This document shows positions 49,491 through 58,167 of a DNA stretch of 59,800 bases, piece after piece. The position numbers were made by a program, and so were the translations under genes. The DNA is from Prolixibacteraceae bacterium (GTDB lineage: Bacteria; Bacteroidota; Bacteroidia; Bacteroidales; Prolixibacteraceae). The stretch's first letter is position 1. Every line of letters begins with the position of its first letter. The stretch is from assembly GCA_035353575.1 (NCBI GenBank), contig DAOPZV010000001.1:5667-65466 (forward strand), given 5' to 3'. The notes under the pieces were generated by a model. That model was not told where the DNA came from and ran no database searches. It saw only the letters and a program-made list of their open reading frames with translations.

Positions 49491-50843
49491 TTAATTTAAG
49501 TCGTTGAAAAAAATATTGTGAATTTCAGATATGGCCTTCGCCGTATCTTTCTGATCAATAATCAAATAACTAACCAAATCTGAAGCGCCCGACCCACTCA
49601 ACAGCACATTTATTTTATGCTGAGCCACTGCTGTAAACAACTTAGCTGAAACACCATGATGCTTTTGCATACCGTGACCAATAACGGCAATTAACGAAAC
49701 ATCGCCGTCGATAATAATTTCGTTTACCGAGGTTAATAAAAGCGAACTGCAAATTTTACTCGCCTTTTCAACTTCATCTTTATTTAAAATGATGTTTATA
49801 CTTACCTGTGAGGTAATTACCGATCTAATGTTTATGGAGGCATTATGAAAAGCCGTTGTGACTTTTGCCAGAATTCCCGGTTTAAAACCAACTCCTGGTC
49901 CATTAAGTTTTAGTACGGCTATTTCTTCAGTGTGGACAACGCTTTTTACTACGTTTGGCGAAACAACCGATTCTGAATTTATAATCGTCGTTAATTCTTT
50001 ATTTTTATCAACAAGCCTGTACACATGAATCGGAATATGCTTGCTGATTAAAGGTTCAACAATTCGCGGGTGAATCGAACGCCCGCTGAAATAAGATAAC
50101 TCGGAAGCTTCGGAATAAGTCAATCTCGGAATAATCTGTGAATTAACAACATAATTCTCTTCCGCCGTTCTAAATTCCTTATCGATTTCCCAAAGTTCGA
50201 GCGAGTTAGCGCCAACCAGGCGAGCGATGGCTGCAGCTGAATAATCGGCTGAGTATTTCCCGATGCGAGCAATTTTGCCACTTTTTGTAATTCCATACGA
50301 GCCAGGAACCAATACATTCCCTTCACCGCACAAGCCATTCAAATTCTGAGGCTCCTCCAATAAAACCGATGCATTTCCATATTCTTCGGTAACATAAAGT
50401 CCTAAGTCTTCCGGAAGTAAAACTTTAGTTAAAACATTTCTACTCGTTAAAAAGGCATTTAAAATCTCTGATGTAATCCTCTCAGAATAACTAATAACCT
50501 GATCTTTAAGCGACAATGAAAAGTCGCCGGTTAACTCAATTCCTCGTAGAAGACTTTGAAGGTTTGTTAACTCTGATTCAAGTTTGGCCCGGCCAACAGG
50601 TAAATTGGAAACCTGAATCCGTTCTTCTATTAAAGTATTTAACTGGTTTATAATTGTTTCTGAGTCTGAATTGCCTGATTTTAGCACTTCAATTCCTTGT
50701 TCTATTATTTTCACAATTTCTGGGACAGCGGAAACGATAACAATTTTATTATCGGTTACTCCAGTTAACAAATTTGCAAATGCTTCAAGCACAGGCAATT
50801 TATATAGACTGTTTCCGCCAAATCGTATAACACAATTCGACAT
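49491..50843 (-). CDS. Aspartate kinase-like protein with two ACT domains; catalytic motifs degenerate
   Basis: AK-fold order is retained (RFGG, IVSA, DYSAAAIA, LTYSEASELSYF, IHP) with two ACT-like repeats. The canonical KFGG, GRGGSD and TDVDG motifs are altered. Confidence 0.85.
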   Translation of the reverse strand: MSNCVIRFGGNSLYKLPVLEAFANLLTGVTDNKIVIVSAVPEIVKIIEQGIEVLKSGNSDSETIINQLNTLIEERIQVSNLPVGRAKLESELTNLQSLLRGIELTGDFSLSLKDQVISYSERITSEILNAFLTSRNVLTKVLLPEDLGLYVTEEYGNASVLLEEPQNLNGLCGEGNVLVPGSYGITKSGKIARIGKYSADYSAAAIARLVGANSLELWEIDKEFRTAEENYVVNSQIIPRLTYSEASELSYFSGRSIHPRIVEPLISKHIPIHVYRLVDKNKELTTIINSESVVSPNVVKSVVHTEEIAVLKLNGPGVGFKPGILAKVTTAFHNASINIRSVITSQVSINIILNKDEVEKASKICSSLLLTSVNEIIIDGDVSLIAVIGHGMQKHHGVSAKLFTAVAQHKINVLLSGSGASDLVSYLIIDQKDTAKAISEIHNIFFNDLN

Positions 50844-50891
50844 GATTAAAATTTAAAATGAAAATTTAGTATTTAAAACTTGAACCGGGAA

Positions 50892-50938
50892 AGCCTTTAA
50901 ACAACATGAAAAATCACACCGCCTAAAGGCTAGCGCAT
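50892..50938 (-). promoter_or_regulatory. Putative attenuator: mutually exclusive hairpins overlapping the leader stop codon
   Basis: One fold is UGCGCU(A)GCC-UUUA-GGCGGUGUG followed by AUUUUU. The alternative is an 8-bp stem, AGCCUUUA (50931-50924) with UAAAGGCU (50899-50892). Confidence 0.5.
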
Positions 50939-51022
50939 TATCATAGACATAGACATCATAGAATCATTGCAACCCAACAGATGGGAAGTTGAAGTATTCA
51001 TATTAAATGCAAAATGATTCAT
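50930..51022 (-). CDS. Met-rich leader peptide of the methionine operon (30 aa; below the ORF-track cutoff)
   Basis: Manual translation gives MNHFAFNMNTSTSHLLGCNDSMMSMSMIMR*. Five of the last nine sense codons are ATG. It lies between the promoter and the AK-like/metY/metA genes. Confidence 0.75.
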   Translation of the reverse strand: MNHFAFNMNTSTSHLLGCNDSMMSMSMIMR

Positions 51023-51048
51023 TCTCTTTGCCGCTTATTTGATAGTCG

Positions 51049-51079
51049 CAAACATAAACAGTTTGTGAGTAAATACAAA
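51049..51079 (-). promoter_or_regulatory. Bacteroidota housekeeping promoter for the leader/met operon
   Basis: TTTG (51079-51076), 19-nt spacer, TATGTTTG (51056-51049). Confidence 0.75.
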
Positions 51080-51165
51080 AAAATAGAGAATTTGTTTGAT
51101 CAAAAATGACGTTAATTTATCATTAACTGCAATAAACAACTAATTTACAACACAATACTATACAT

Positions 51166-51816
51166 TTATTTCTTTAAAATATTCTTGAAATTATTCCAAA
51201 TAACTGAACGAAGTTCATCTTCGCCTAGGTTCAGCACAACGGCAACTGCTCTGTATAGTTGCTCAATGGTTATGTTACTTTCGTCAGTTTCAAGAAAAAG
51301 GCTATGCAACGGAATACTTTTTAACACCTCAACTTTCTTCGTTTCACAGATCAATTTTTCTCCAACTGAAAAGAAAAAACCATTTTTAACCAAACTAAAA
51401 GTCGATTCCAAATTTCCAGAATACCCGTGTAAAATCCATGGAACTGAAGATTTTGTCTGCTTTTTGATGCGAATGAGATCGCTATAAGCGCGAACACAAT
51501 GAATAATGAGCGGTTTGCAACAGTCTTCGGCTATTTGAATTTGGCGTATAAAACAATCTTCCTGCAAAGCGAACGCAGTATCAATATGCCTATCCAGACC
51601 ACATTCGCCTACAAACAACATATTTTCGTCAATTACAGCCTCTGCTATTAGCCGAAAACATTCATCCCTGTTGAAGTTATTGACATGCCAGGGATGTAGT
51701 CCTACCGAATAAAAGTAATTCCTTTCCAAATGGTAAAAATCCTGGGCAAAAATATTCAGGACTTCTAATGCTCCAGAATTTTTCAGGCGATGTGTATGTA
51801 GATCTAAATACTTCAT
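51166..51816 (-). CDS. tatD: TatD family hydrolase
   Basis: DLHTH, GLHPW, VGECGLD, IIHCVRA, ILHGY and LETD. Confidence 0.9.
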   Translation of the reverse strand: MKYLDLHTHRLKNSGALEVLNIFAQDFYHLERNYFYSVGLHPWHVNNFNRDECFRLIAEAVIDENMLFVGECGLDRHIDTAFALQEDCFIRQIQIAEDCCKPLIIHCVRAYSDLIRIKKQTKSSVPWILHGYSGNLESTFSLVKNGFFFSVGEKLICETKKVEVLKSIPLHSLFLETDESNITIEQLYRAVAVVLNLGEDELRSVIWNNFKNILKK

Positions 51817-51817
51817 T

Positions 51818-52231
51818 TTAAAGATTTGCCCAGATTCTCGCTAACGAAAAACCGGGAGCCTTTATATTTAAATCGAGAAAATACCCGAACGGAGTTTGCG
51901 CAACTTGAAATTCAGCATTTTTCATTCGCTTCTCAGCCTCATCGAACACCTTCCTGGTAAACTGAGGTGAAGCTTTTGAGTCAGATAAATGAGCAAACGA
52001 ATGTAAAATAACCGATTGACAAGAATTTTTCCTGGCAACCCATTTTAGGTGGTTAACAAGCTTTTTTTCACGAGACTTAACATCGTTTAACTCATCTGAT
52101 TCTTCAATATGAATAAAAGCCAGAATTGAATCTGTAAAATGGGCTGATTCAAAATTATCTTCTGCCGATTCCAGATTTTTTATAGCTGGGGTGTAGGAAA
52201 ACTCGTTGACAAACATTGTCAGAACCTTCAT
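51818..52231 (-). CDS. Free-standing archaeal-type threonyl-tRNA synthetase editing domain protein
   Basis: About 137 aa; VILHSFAHLS and TPFGYF resemble the YAHLS and APFGWY motifs of the archaeal ThrRS editing domain. Start at ATG 52231. Confidence 0.75.
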   Translation of the reverse strand: MKVLTMFVNEFSYTPAIKNLESAEDNFESAHFTDSILAFIHIEESDELNDVKSREKKLVNHLKWVARKNSCQSVILHSFAHLSDSKASPQFTRKVFDEAEKRMKNAEFQVAQTPFGYFLDLNIKAPGFSLARIWANL

Positions 52232-52329
52232 AGAAGCATTGATTTTGTATCTCAAAATTAATCGCTTTTGCGAATATACATGCAGAACGATTATTTATCT
52301 TATATTTGAGTAAAGTAGAATTTGGGGGA

Positions 52330-54516
52330 ATGAAAGGGAAATTTGTATATCTGCTGCTTGGTATTCTATTCGTTTTAGATACTTATAAAGGTGTTTGTCA
52401 GCTTTCAAGGGGAGGGTTTCCAATTCAAATCGAAAAGTTAAAGTCAGCCTCATACATTTCAGATTTGGTTGAAATGCCGGCATTGGATTTTAAATCAGCA
52501 AAAATTCAAAGTGAAAATACTGATCAACCACATCTAAAGCCATTTACTTTTGCACATTCTTTCGATGTTTCTCTAAACCTTAACAATTCAGGAGTTTGGT
52601 ATAATACCAATAGGGTCAATGTTTGGCAGCTACGTGTACGATCAACGGGAGCATATTCGTTAAACTTTATTTTTGACCAGTTTAAACTTCCTGAAAATGC
52701 AAGATTATTTATCATCAACGAAAAATCAGGAGAAATAAGAGGAGCATTCACTTCTGAAAATAATTCAGAAAGCAATGTTTTTGCTGTGGAGCCAATCTCG
52801 GGAGATGAAATACTTCTTCAGTATGAAGAACCTGTAAATCCTGCATTTAGAGGAAAGCTTGAAATTGCAAAGGTAGCACACGACTATGTTGGAATTACAG
52901 CCAACGACCACCGACCATTAGGAGTTTCGGGCTCCTGTAACGTCAACGTAAATTGTGATTTGGCTAATGGCGACGAAAACATCCGTGACGGAGTGTGCCG
53001 TATCATTGTGAAAGGGACAGAGCTTTGTACCGGCACATTAGTTAACAATACTGCTCTGGACGGAACTCCATATTTGCTAACGGCATACCATTGCATATCC
53101 AGCGAAGCGCTGGCTCAAACCTCTGTTTTTTTATTTAATTATGAATCGCCATACTGCGGATCAATAGATGGAGATGTAAGTCATTCTTTATCAGGAAGTA
53201 CACTTAAAGCATCGTTCGACAGCCTCGACTTTTCGCTTGTACGTTTAAGCAGTATTCCGCCTGATTACTTCAGGGCATACATGGTAGGCTGGAACCGAAA
53301 AAATACAGCGCCAACATCTTCTGTTTGTATTCACCATCCGCTTGGCGATATCAAAAAAATTGCGATTGATAATAATGCTGCTGTCACTGCAAAATTTAGC
53401 GAGAGTTATTATAAAGCCGGGTTCTGGAATATTTTAACGTGGGAACACGGTGTAACTGAAGAAGGATCTTCAGGAGGCCCGCTATTCGATCAAAATAAGC
53501 AGCTGATCGGATCCCTGACCGGAGGATCAGCAACTTGTCCTCCGGGATTACCCAATAATGATTATTTCGAAAAATTTGCTTTGGCCTGGAATCATAGAAG
53601 CGAAAGTAGCAAACAGCTGAAAGCGTGGCTGGATCCAACTAATTCAGGAGTTGAAAAGCTTGACGGACTTGCACTTAACACGTCAAAAATAACCTGTGCG
53701 CCTGTAACTAATTTTAAAGACAATGACGTCTATTCGCTGGTAAAAATAACGAGTGCAACAAAAAAGGGCTATTGGGGAGGCTCAAATTCGTCGGGATTTA
53801 CCGAATATGCCGAACAATTCAAGTTTTCTCAGTCGTGCGTGTTGGCTGGTGTGTCGATTGGAGTTGCAAAAATCAGTTTAACAAGTACAGCTCCATATAT
53901 TAATTTGAAAGTATATTCAGGAACTGATAAACCTGAAGGCGACCCGATTTATTCGGAAAAGTTCTACATCAAAAACCTTTACGCCGGAGCAATGAATTAT
54001 TTGTCTTTTGCAACACCTGCAAGAACTTCGGGAAACTTTTTCGTTTCGTACGATCTTTCGACCTTAAGCAGCACCGACTCGTTGATGGTTTTTATTGCCA
54101 ACAGAACAAACGACACAACCAATAGCTTTGTTATGAAAAATCAAACGGGTTGGTCAACCTATTATTCTAAAAATCTGAATGGAAACGGATCGGCCATTTT
54201 AATGGAAATTAATGCCTGTAATATTGTTGATACAGCGAAGGTTATTGAAGTTATTCCCGGTGTTACCAAATCCATATTTTACCCGAACCCAGTGTATGGC
54301 AGCAAGTTGCTTACTGTTGAAACTGTCGATAATATTGATTCGATTGACGAAGTGGAAGTCTTCGACATCATGGGAAAAGTTCAAAATGTACCAGCTACCC
54401 TGACTGCCAAAAACCAAATGAAGCTAAGCTTTAACGGACATATTGCCGGAATTTACGTGATTCGGTTTAGTGCGGGAGGAAAGATCGTGAAAGCGAAAGT
54501 GGCGTATGTTCCCTGA
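52330..54516 (+). CDS. Secreted lysyl-endopeptidase-like (S1) serine protease with probable T9SS C-terminal domain
   Basis: Catalytic triad motifs TAYHC, DFSL and GSSGG; HHPLGDIK; CTD-like YPNP...VFDIMGK...GIYVIRF...KV; -7 box TATATTTG at 52301-52308. Confidence 0.85.
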   Translation: MKGKFVYLLLGILFVLDTYKGVCQLSRGGFPIQIEKLKSASYISDLVEMPALDFKSAKIQSENTDQPHLKPFTFAHSFDVSLNLNNSGVWYNTNRVNVWQLRVRSTGAYSLNFIFDQFKLPENARLFIINEKSGEIRGAFTSENNSESNVFAVEPISGDEILLQYEEPVNPAFRGKLEIAKVAHDYVGITANDHRPLGVSGSCNVNVNCDLANGDENIRDGVCRIIVKGTELCTGTLVNNTALDGTPYLLTAYHCISSEALAQTSVFLFNYESPYCGSIDGDVSHSLSGSTLKASFDSLDFSLVRLSSIPPDYFRAYMVGWNRKNTAPTSSVCIHHPLGDIKKIAIDNNAAVTAKFSESYYKAGFWNILTWEHGVTEEGSSGGPLFDQNKQLIGSLTGGSATCPPGLPNNDYFEKFALAWNHRSESSKQLKAWLDPTNSGVEKLDGLALNTSKITCAPVTNFKDNDVYSLVKITSATKKGYWGGSNSSGFTEYAEQFKFSQSCVLAGVSIGVAKISLTSTAPYINLKVYSGTDKPEGDPIYSEKFYIKNLYAGAMNYLSFATPARTSGNFFVSYDLSTLSSTDSLMVFIANRTNDTTNSFVMKNQTGWSTYYSKNLNGNGSAILMEINACNIVDTAKVIEVIPGVTKSIFYPNPVYGSKLLTVETVDNIDSIDEVEVFDIMGKVQNVPATLTAKNQMKLSFNGHIAGIYVIRFSAGGKIVKAKVAYVP

Positions 54517-54525
54517 CTTGCTTTG

Positions 54526-55299
54526 CTAAAAGAAAGCAGTCATTCGCATCGGATCATTTGTAACCAGAAAATCTATTCCCGATGTTTTAACAAATTCTGA
54601 AACAGTTTTATAAACAGGGGTGTTAGTCAAAATAACTTTCTTTTTTTGAGCATGGATTTTTGCCACAAGGTCTTTTATTCTTACAAAATCCTCAAATGGA
54701 ATGTTTCCTGTTCCTTTCCAGCCAGTTAGTTCAGTAAAATTCAATTCGATAACGGGCATTTTCTCCGAATCAACATTTTTTTCTACATCACTTAAACTAC
54801 CCACAAGCCCGAGAAAACCTGGTTTAATGCTGTTTATTATCTCTAAAGCAGCTTTATCTTTTATAAGTATCCTGAGTTTTCCTTTACGATCAGCGGTGTA
54901 CAACATCTCCTGGAACGGACGAATTTCAGCAGCCAACTGTTTGTATGACTGAACTGGCTGAAATGCAAAATTCAAAATGAGAAGTACTTCACCCTGAAAA
55001 CCCGGAATAATTTCACCATTGTTTTTTTTAAACTGATTGTAAAGAGGGTAGAGGTATGCCTCGGAAAGTGTTGGAAGTTTGTGATTTGCGCTGTCGGGCA
55101 TTAATGCTGTTACATAATTCTTGCCGTAAATGTACATCACGTCAGCCTCAAAATTACAAATCCCATTTCCTACAGATTCCCAAAAGTCACTATTATTCCG
55201 AAAATTATAGGACGAAATAAGAGGCTTAATATTTTTCTGGGCTACTGAAATCTGGCAAAACAGCAGCAAATAAAAACCGACAACAAATAATTTTTTCAT
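54526..55299 (-). CDS. Exported PLC-like/GDPD-like phosphodiesterase-fold protein (divergent)
   Basis: Signal peptide; FEADV, TLSEAYLYPL, GWKGTG, VAKIHAQKKKV and GIDFLVTND suggest this TIM-barrel family. Confidence 0.5.
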   Translation of the reverse strand: MKKLFVVGFYLLLFCQISVAQKNIKPLISSYNFRNNSDFWESVGNGICNFEADVMYIYGKNYVTALMPDSANHKLPTLSEAYLYPLYNQFKKNNGEIIPGFQGEVLLILNFAFQPVQSYKQLAAEIRPFQEMLYTADRKGKLRILIKDKAALEIINSIKPGFLGLVGSLSDVEKNVDSEKMPVIELNFTELTGWKGTGNIPFEDFVRIKDLVAKIHAQKKKVILTNTPVYKTVSEFVKTSGIDFLVTNDPMRMTAFF

Positions 55300-55441
55300 T
55301 TCGAGCGGTAAGTTTATTTTCATATTGTAAAGTTATCTGTTTCGCCCATTAACACGCCATTCTGAAAGATTATTTTTTATACTATTTCTTCATTTTGAAA
55401 ATTGTTGATTACTTTCGGAGTGCCCAAAAATAAAAACCAAA

Positions 55442-56590
55442 ATGATCTCGGAAAAAGCCCAAAATATCAGTCCTTTCATTGTTATGGAAGTGCTCGAAAG
55501 AGCCTCTGTGCTCGAAAAAGAAGGCAAAAATATTATTCATCTTGAAGTTGGCGAACCCGATTTCGATGTGCCTGCCTGTGTACTGCATGAAAGCGAAATG
55601 GCGATGAAGCAAGGAAGAACGCACTATACCCATAGCCTTGGCGATCCGGAACTGCGACAGGAAATTTGCAACAACTATCTGAAAAATTATGGGGTAAAAA
55701 TCTCTCCCGACCAGGTTATCGTCACATCGGGTACTTCTCCGGCTATTTTAATGATCTTATTGGCCTTGTGTAATGCAGATGACGAGGTTATTTTATCTGA
55801 TCCGGGTTATGCCTGCTATCCGAATTTTATTAGCCTTTCCGGAGCGAAAATGGTAAAAGTTCCGGTTTTTGAAGAAGATGGATTTCAATACCGACCCGAA
55901 AATATTTGTGCCGCGATTACTGATAGAACAAAGGCAATATTGATTAACAGTCCGATGAATCCGACGGGTAATTTATTGTCATCCGAAACCCTGCAGGAAA
56001 TTGCCAGATTTGCGCCACACATTATTTCCGACGAGATATACCATGGACTGGTTTACGAGAGCAATGCTCATTCGATTCTGGAATATACCCAAAATGCCTT
56101 TGTATTGAACGGTTTTTCGAAACTGTACGCCATGACAGGCCTGCGCCTGGGTTATGTAATTGCTCCCGAAGAATTTATCCGCCCCATGCAAAAGCTCCAG
56201 CAGAATCTGTTTATATGCGCCAGTTCTGTAGCACAACGCGCCGGAATTGCTGCTTTGCGAGATGCCGATTCCGAAGTTGAAAACATGAAAAATACATATA
56301 ACGAACGCCGGAAATACATGATCAGGCGACTACGCGAACTTGGGTTCAAGATTACGGTTGAGCCCACCGGAGCTTTCTATATTTTCGTTAACGCAAAGCA
56401 CCTTTCCGGCGACTCGTATAAACTTGCTTTCGACATTCTCGAAAAGGCACATGTTGGCGTAACTCCGGGAATCGATTTTGGCGAAAACGGCGAAGGTTAT
56501 TTGCGTTTCTCGTATGCCAACTCGCTTGAAAATATAATCGAAGGGCTGAACAGGCTTGAAAAGTACATTGCTGACTTCAAAGGGTTGTAA
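55442..56590 (+). CDS. PLP-dependent aminotransferase, class I/II
   Basis: LEVGEPDF, INSPMNPTG, ISDEIYHGL and NGFSKLYAMTGLRLG. Confidence 0.93.
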   Translation: MISEKAQNISPFIVMEVLERASVLEKEGKNIIHLEVGEPDFDVPACVLHESEMAMKQGRTHYTHSLGDPELRQEICNNYLKNYGVKISPDQVIVTSGTSPAILMILLALCNADDEVILSDPGYACYPNFISLSGAKMVKVPVFEEDGFQYRPENICAAITDRTKAILINSPMNPTGNLLSSETLQEIARFAPHIISDEIYHGLVYESNAHSILEYTQNAFVLNGFSKLYAMTGLRLGYVIAPEEFIRPMQKLQQNLFICASSVAQRAGIAALRDADSEVENMKNTYNERRKYMIRRLRELGFKITVEPTGAFYIFVNAKHLSGDSYKLAFDILEKAHVGVTPGIDFGENGEGYLRFSYANSLENIIEGLNRLEKYIADFKGL

Positions 56591-57101
56591 AACTCTCCCA
56601 ATGAATGATTTCCGCGAGTGCTTTACGCTGCTTCGCTGGCATTTCGGCAGTTGTGTACCCCAATGGAACCAAAACAAGCGGTTCGATATATTCGGGTAAC
56701 TGAAGTTTCTTTTTCGCCATCTCAACATCGAAATTACAAACCCAACACGTTCCCAAACCAAGTTCAGTTGCTTTCAAAATTAAGTGGTCAACAGCAATAG
56801 CCACATCCACATCGGCAAAGTCTTTTCCGTCTGTTTTTCTTTTCCACGATTGGCGATGATCGGCACAAACAGCAATACAAACCGGCGCTTCTTTAAACCA
56901 TTGGCGGTGATATACTTCATGAAAACTTGCGAGGTTTTCGCTCTCGGATATCACAATAAAATGCCATGGCTGAAAATTCACTGCCGAGGGTGCTAATCGC
57001 GCAGCTTCCAGTATTTCCAGAATAACCTCTTTTTCAACTTTCTTACTCAAATACGACCGGACCGAAAACCGATTGGCAATGAGTTCATTAAAATTCTCCA
57101 T
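56577..57101 (-). CDS. Nitroreductase family protein
   Basis: RFSVRSY, ARLAPSAVNFQPWHF and ATELGLGTCWV. Confidence 0.92.
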   Translation of the reverse strand: MENFNELIANRFSVRSYLSKKVEKEVILEILEAARLAPSAVNFQPWHFIVISESENLASFHEVYHRQWFKEAPVCIAVCADHRQSWKRKTDGKDFADVDVAIAVDHLILKATELGLGTCWVCNFDVEMAKKKLQLPEYIEPLVLVPLGYTTAEMPAKQRKALAEIIHWESFTTL

Positions 57102-57133
57102 GTGTTAAAAATGTTAAAATTATGAAAACACGT

Positions 57134-57158
57134 GTAACAAGTCGGCAACTGGGTCGTC
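57134..57158 (+). promoter_or_regulatory. Putative ECF sigma promoter
   Basis: GTAAC-N16-CGTC about 50 nt upstream of the 57208 gene. Confidence 0.5.
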
Positions 57159-57207
57159 TCTTTTTGTAGAAAACAGAAAACAACAGTTAACATTTAATCT
57201 CAAAGTT

Positions 57208-57678
57208 ATGAAAACAGTGACATTAGGTTCAGCATTGCTTGGACTTTTATTGATTGTGAGCTCATTTTCTTTTGCAGGGACCGCTATTACAGGAACTCAG
57301 GAAGTAAAAATTACACCCGTCGAAAATCTCTATCTCGGTAAAACTGCCGAAAAAGTTTGGACTTTAAATTTCTCGGAAAAAGAAAAGCCCGTTACAGTTA
57401 CAATGCATCAAACCGGAAGTATAAAAGAATACGTTGTACGGTCAGAGTACTTTGAAGTAGTTTATACAGCCACCAAACAAGGATTTGGCGTTTCACCCTT
57501 GCCACGTTCCATGAGAGAAGTTCCTTCTGCAATTAATTCTTCAGTATTAAACAAAGAACAACTTGAACAGCAAAAGATTCTGTCGCCTAACCAGGTTTCT
57601 GAAGAATTTGCACTTGAACTTATAGCGTCGTATCTTCCTGATCTTTTAAACGAAGGCTACAAGCACCTTCTCTACTAA
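57208..57678 (+). CDS. Hypothetical exported protein
   Basis: Signal peptide (MKTVTLGSALLGLLLIVSSFSFA); own promoter and terminator. Confidence 0.75.
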   Translation: MKTVTLGSALLGLLLIVSSFSFAGTAITGTQEVKITPVENLYLGKTAEKVWTLNFSEKEKPVTVTMHQTGSIKEYVVRSEYFEVVYTATKQGFGVSPLPRSMREVPSAINSSVLNKEQLEQQKILSPNQVSEEFALELIASYLPDLLNEGYKHLLY

Positions 57679-57700
57679 TTTACTAATCAAATAGCTTCAG

Positions 57701-57730
57701 AAGCCGCCGGAAGTTCCCGGTGGCTTTTTT
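57701..57730 (+). terminator. Intrinsic terminator
   Basis: aagccgccgg-aagttc-ccggtggctt followed by a T run. Confidence 0.75.
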
Positions 57731-57911
57731 ATATACAACCGCAAACAAAACCTTCTGCCATCCCTTCAAGTAACTGTTCAATGGCTTTTTTCTCATTATC
57801 AGTTCCTTTACAATCGGGGCAAACCGGCAAATTAAACTGCACATTTTTTTCTACCGTTTCGGGATTAACTTCTTTACCACAAACAAAACAATGATTAGCA
57901 AAATCAGCCAT
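57729..57911 (-). CDS. Small Cys-rich (zinc-ribbon-like) protein
   Basis: 60 aa from ATG 57911, with CFVC, CPDC and a C-terminal CGCI. Confidence 0.65.
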   Translation of the reverse strand: MADFANHCFVCGKEVNPETVEKNVQFNLPVCPDCKGTDNEKKAIEQLLEGMAEGFVCGCI

Positions 57912-58167
57912 AAACAAAAATTTCAGTAAAAAAACGTTGACCAAGATAGCTGAATTATTTTCTTCGCAAATTAAAGCTGAAAAGGTTTTGTCCGAAGTTT
58001 TTGTAAACTTTCGGATATTGTGTCAGTTAAAACAACGAATCAGGTAAATCTGTCCGAACTTATCTTCGAATACGAGTTGGCACGATAATCGTTAAAACAT
58101 CCCAAACATTTAAACATTATAACTACATTTGTCACTTCCAAATTTTTGAAAATCTAAAACCTTCATA

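Noticed and set aside
51020-51048. Possible SAM-I riboswitch start (CTATCAAATAAGCGG on the minus strand) upstream of the met operon
   Set aside because: Only the first few bases resemble SAM-I. The GAGGGA/GCAACC/GGTGC core elements are absent on that strand, and the Met-rich ORF explains the region better.
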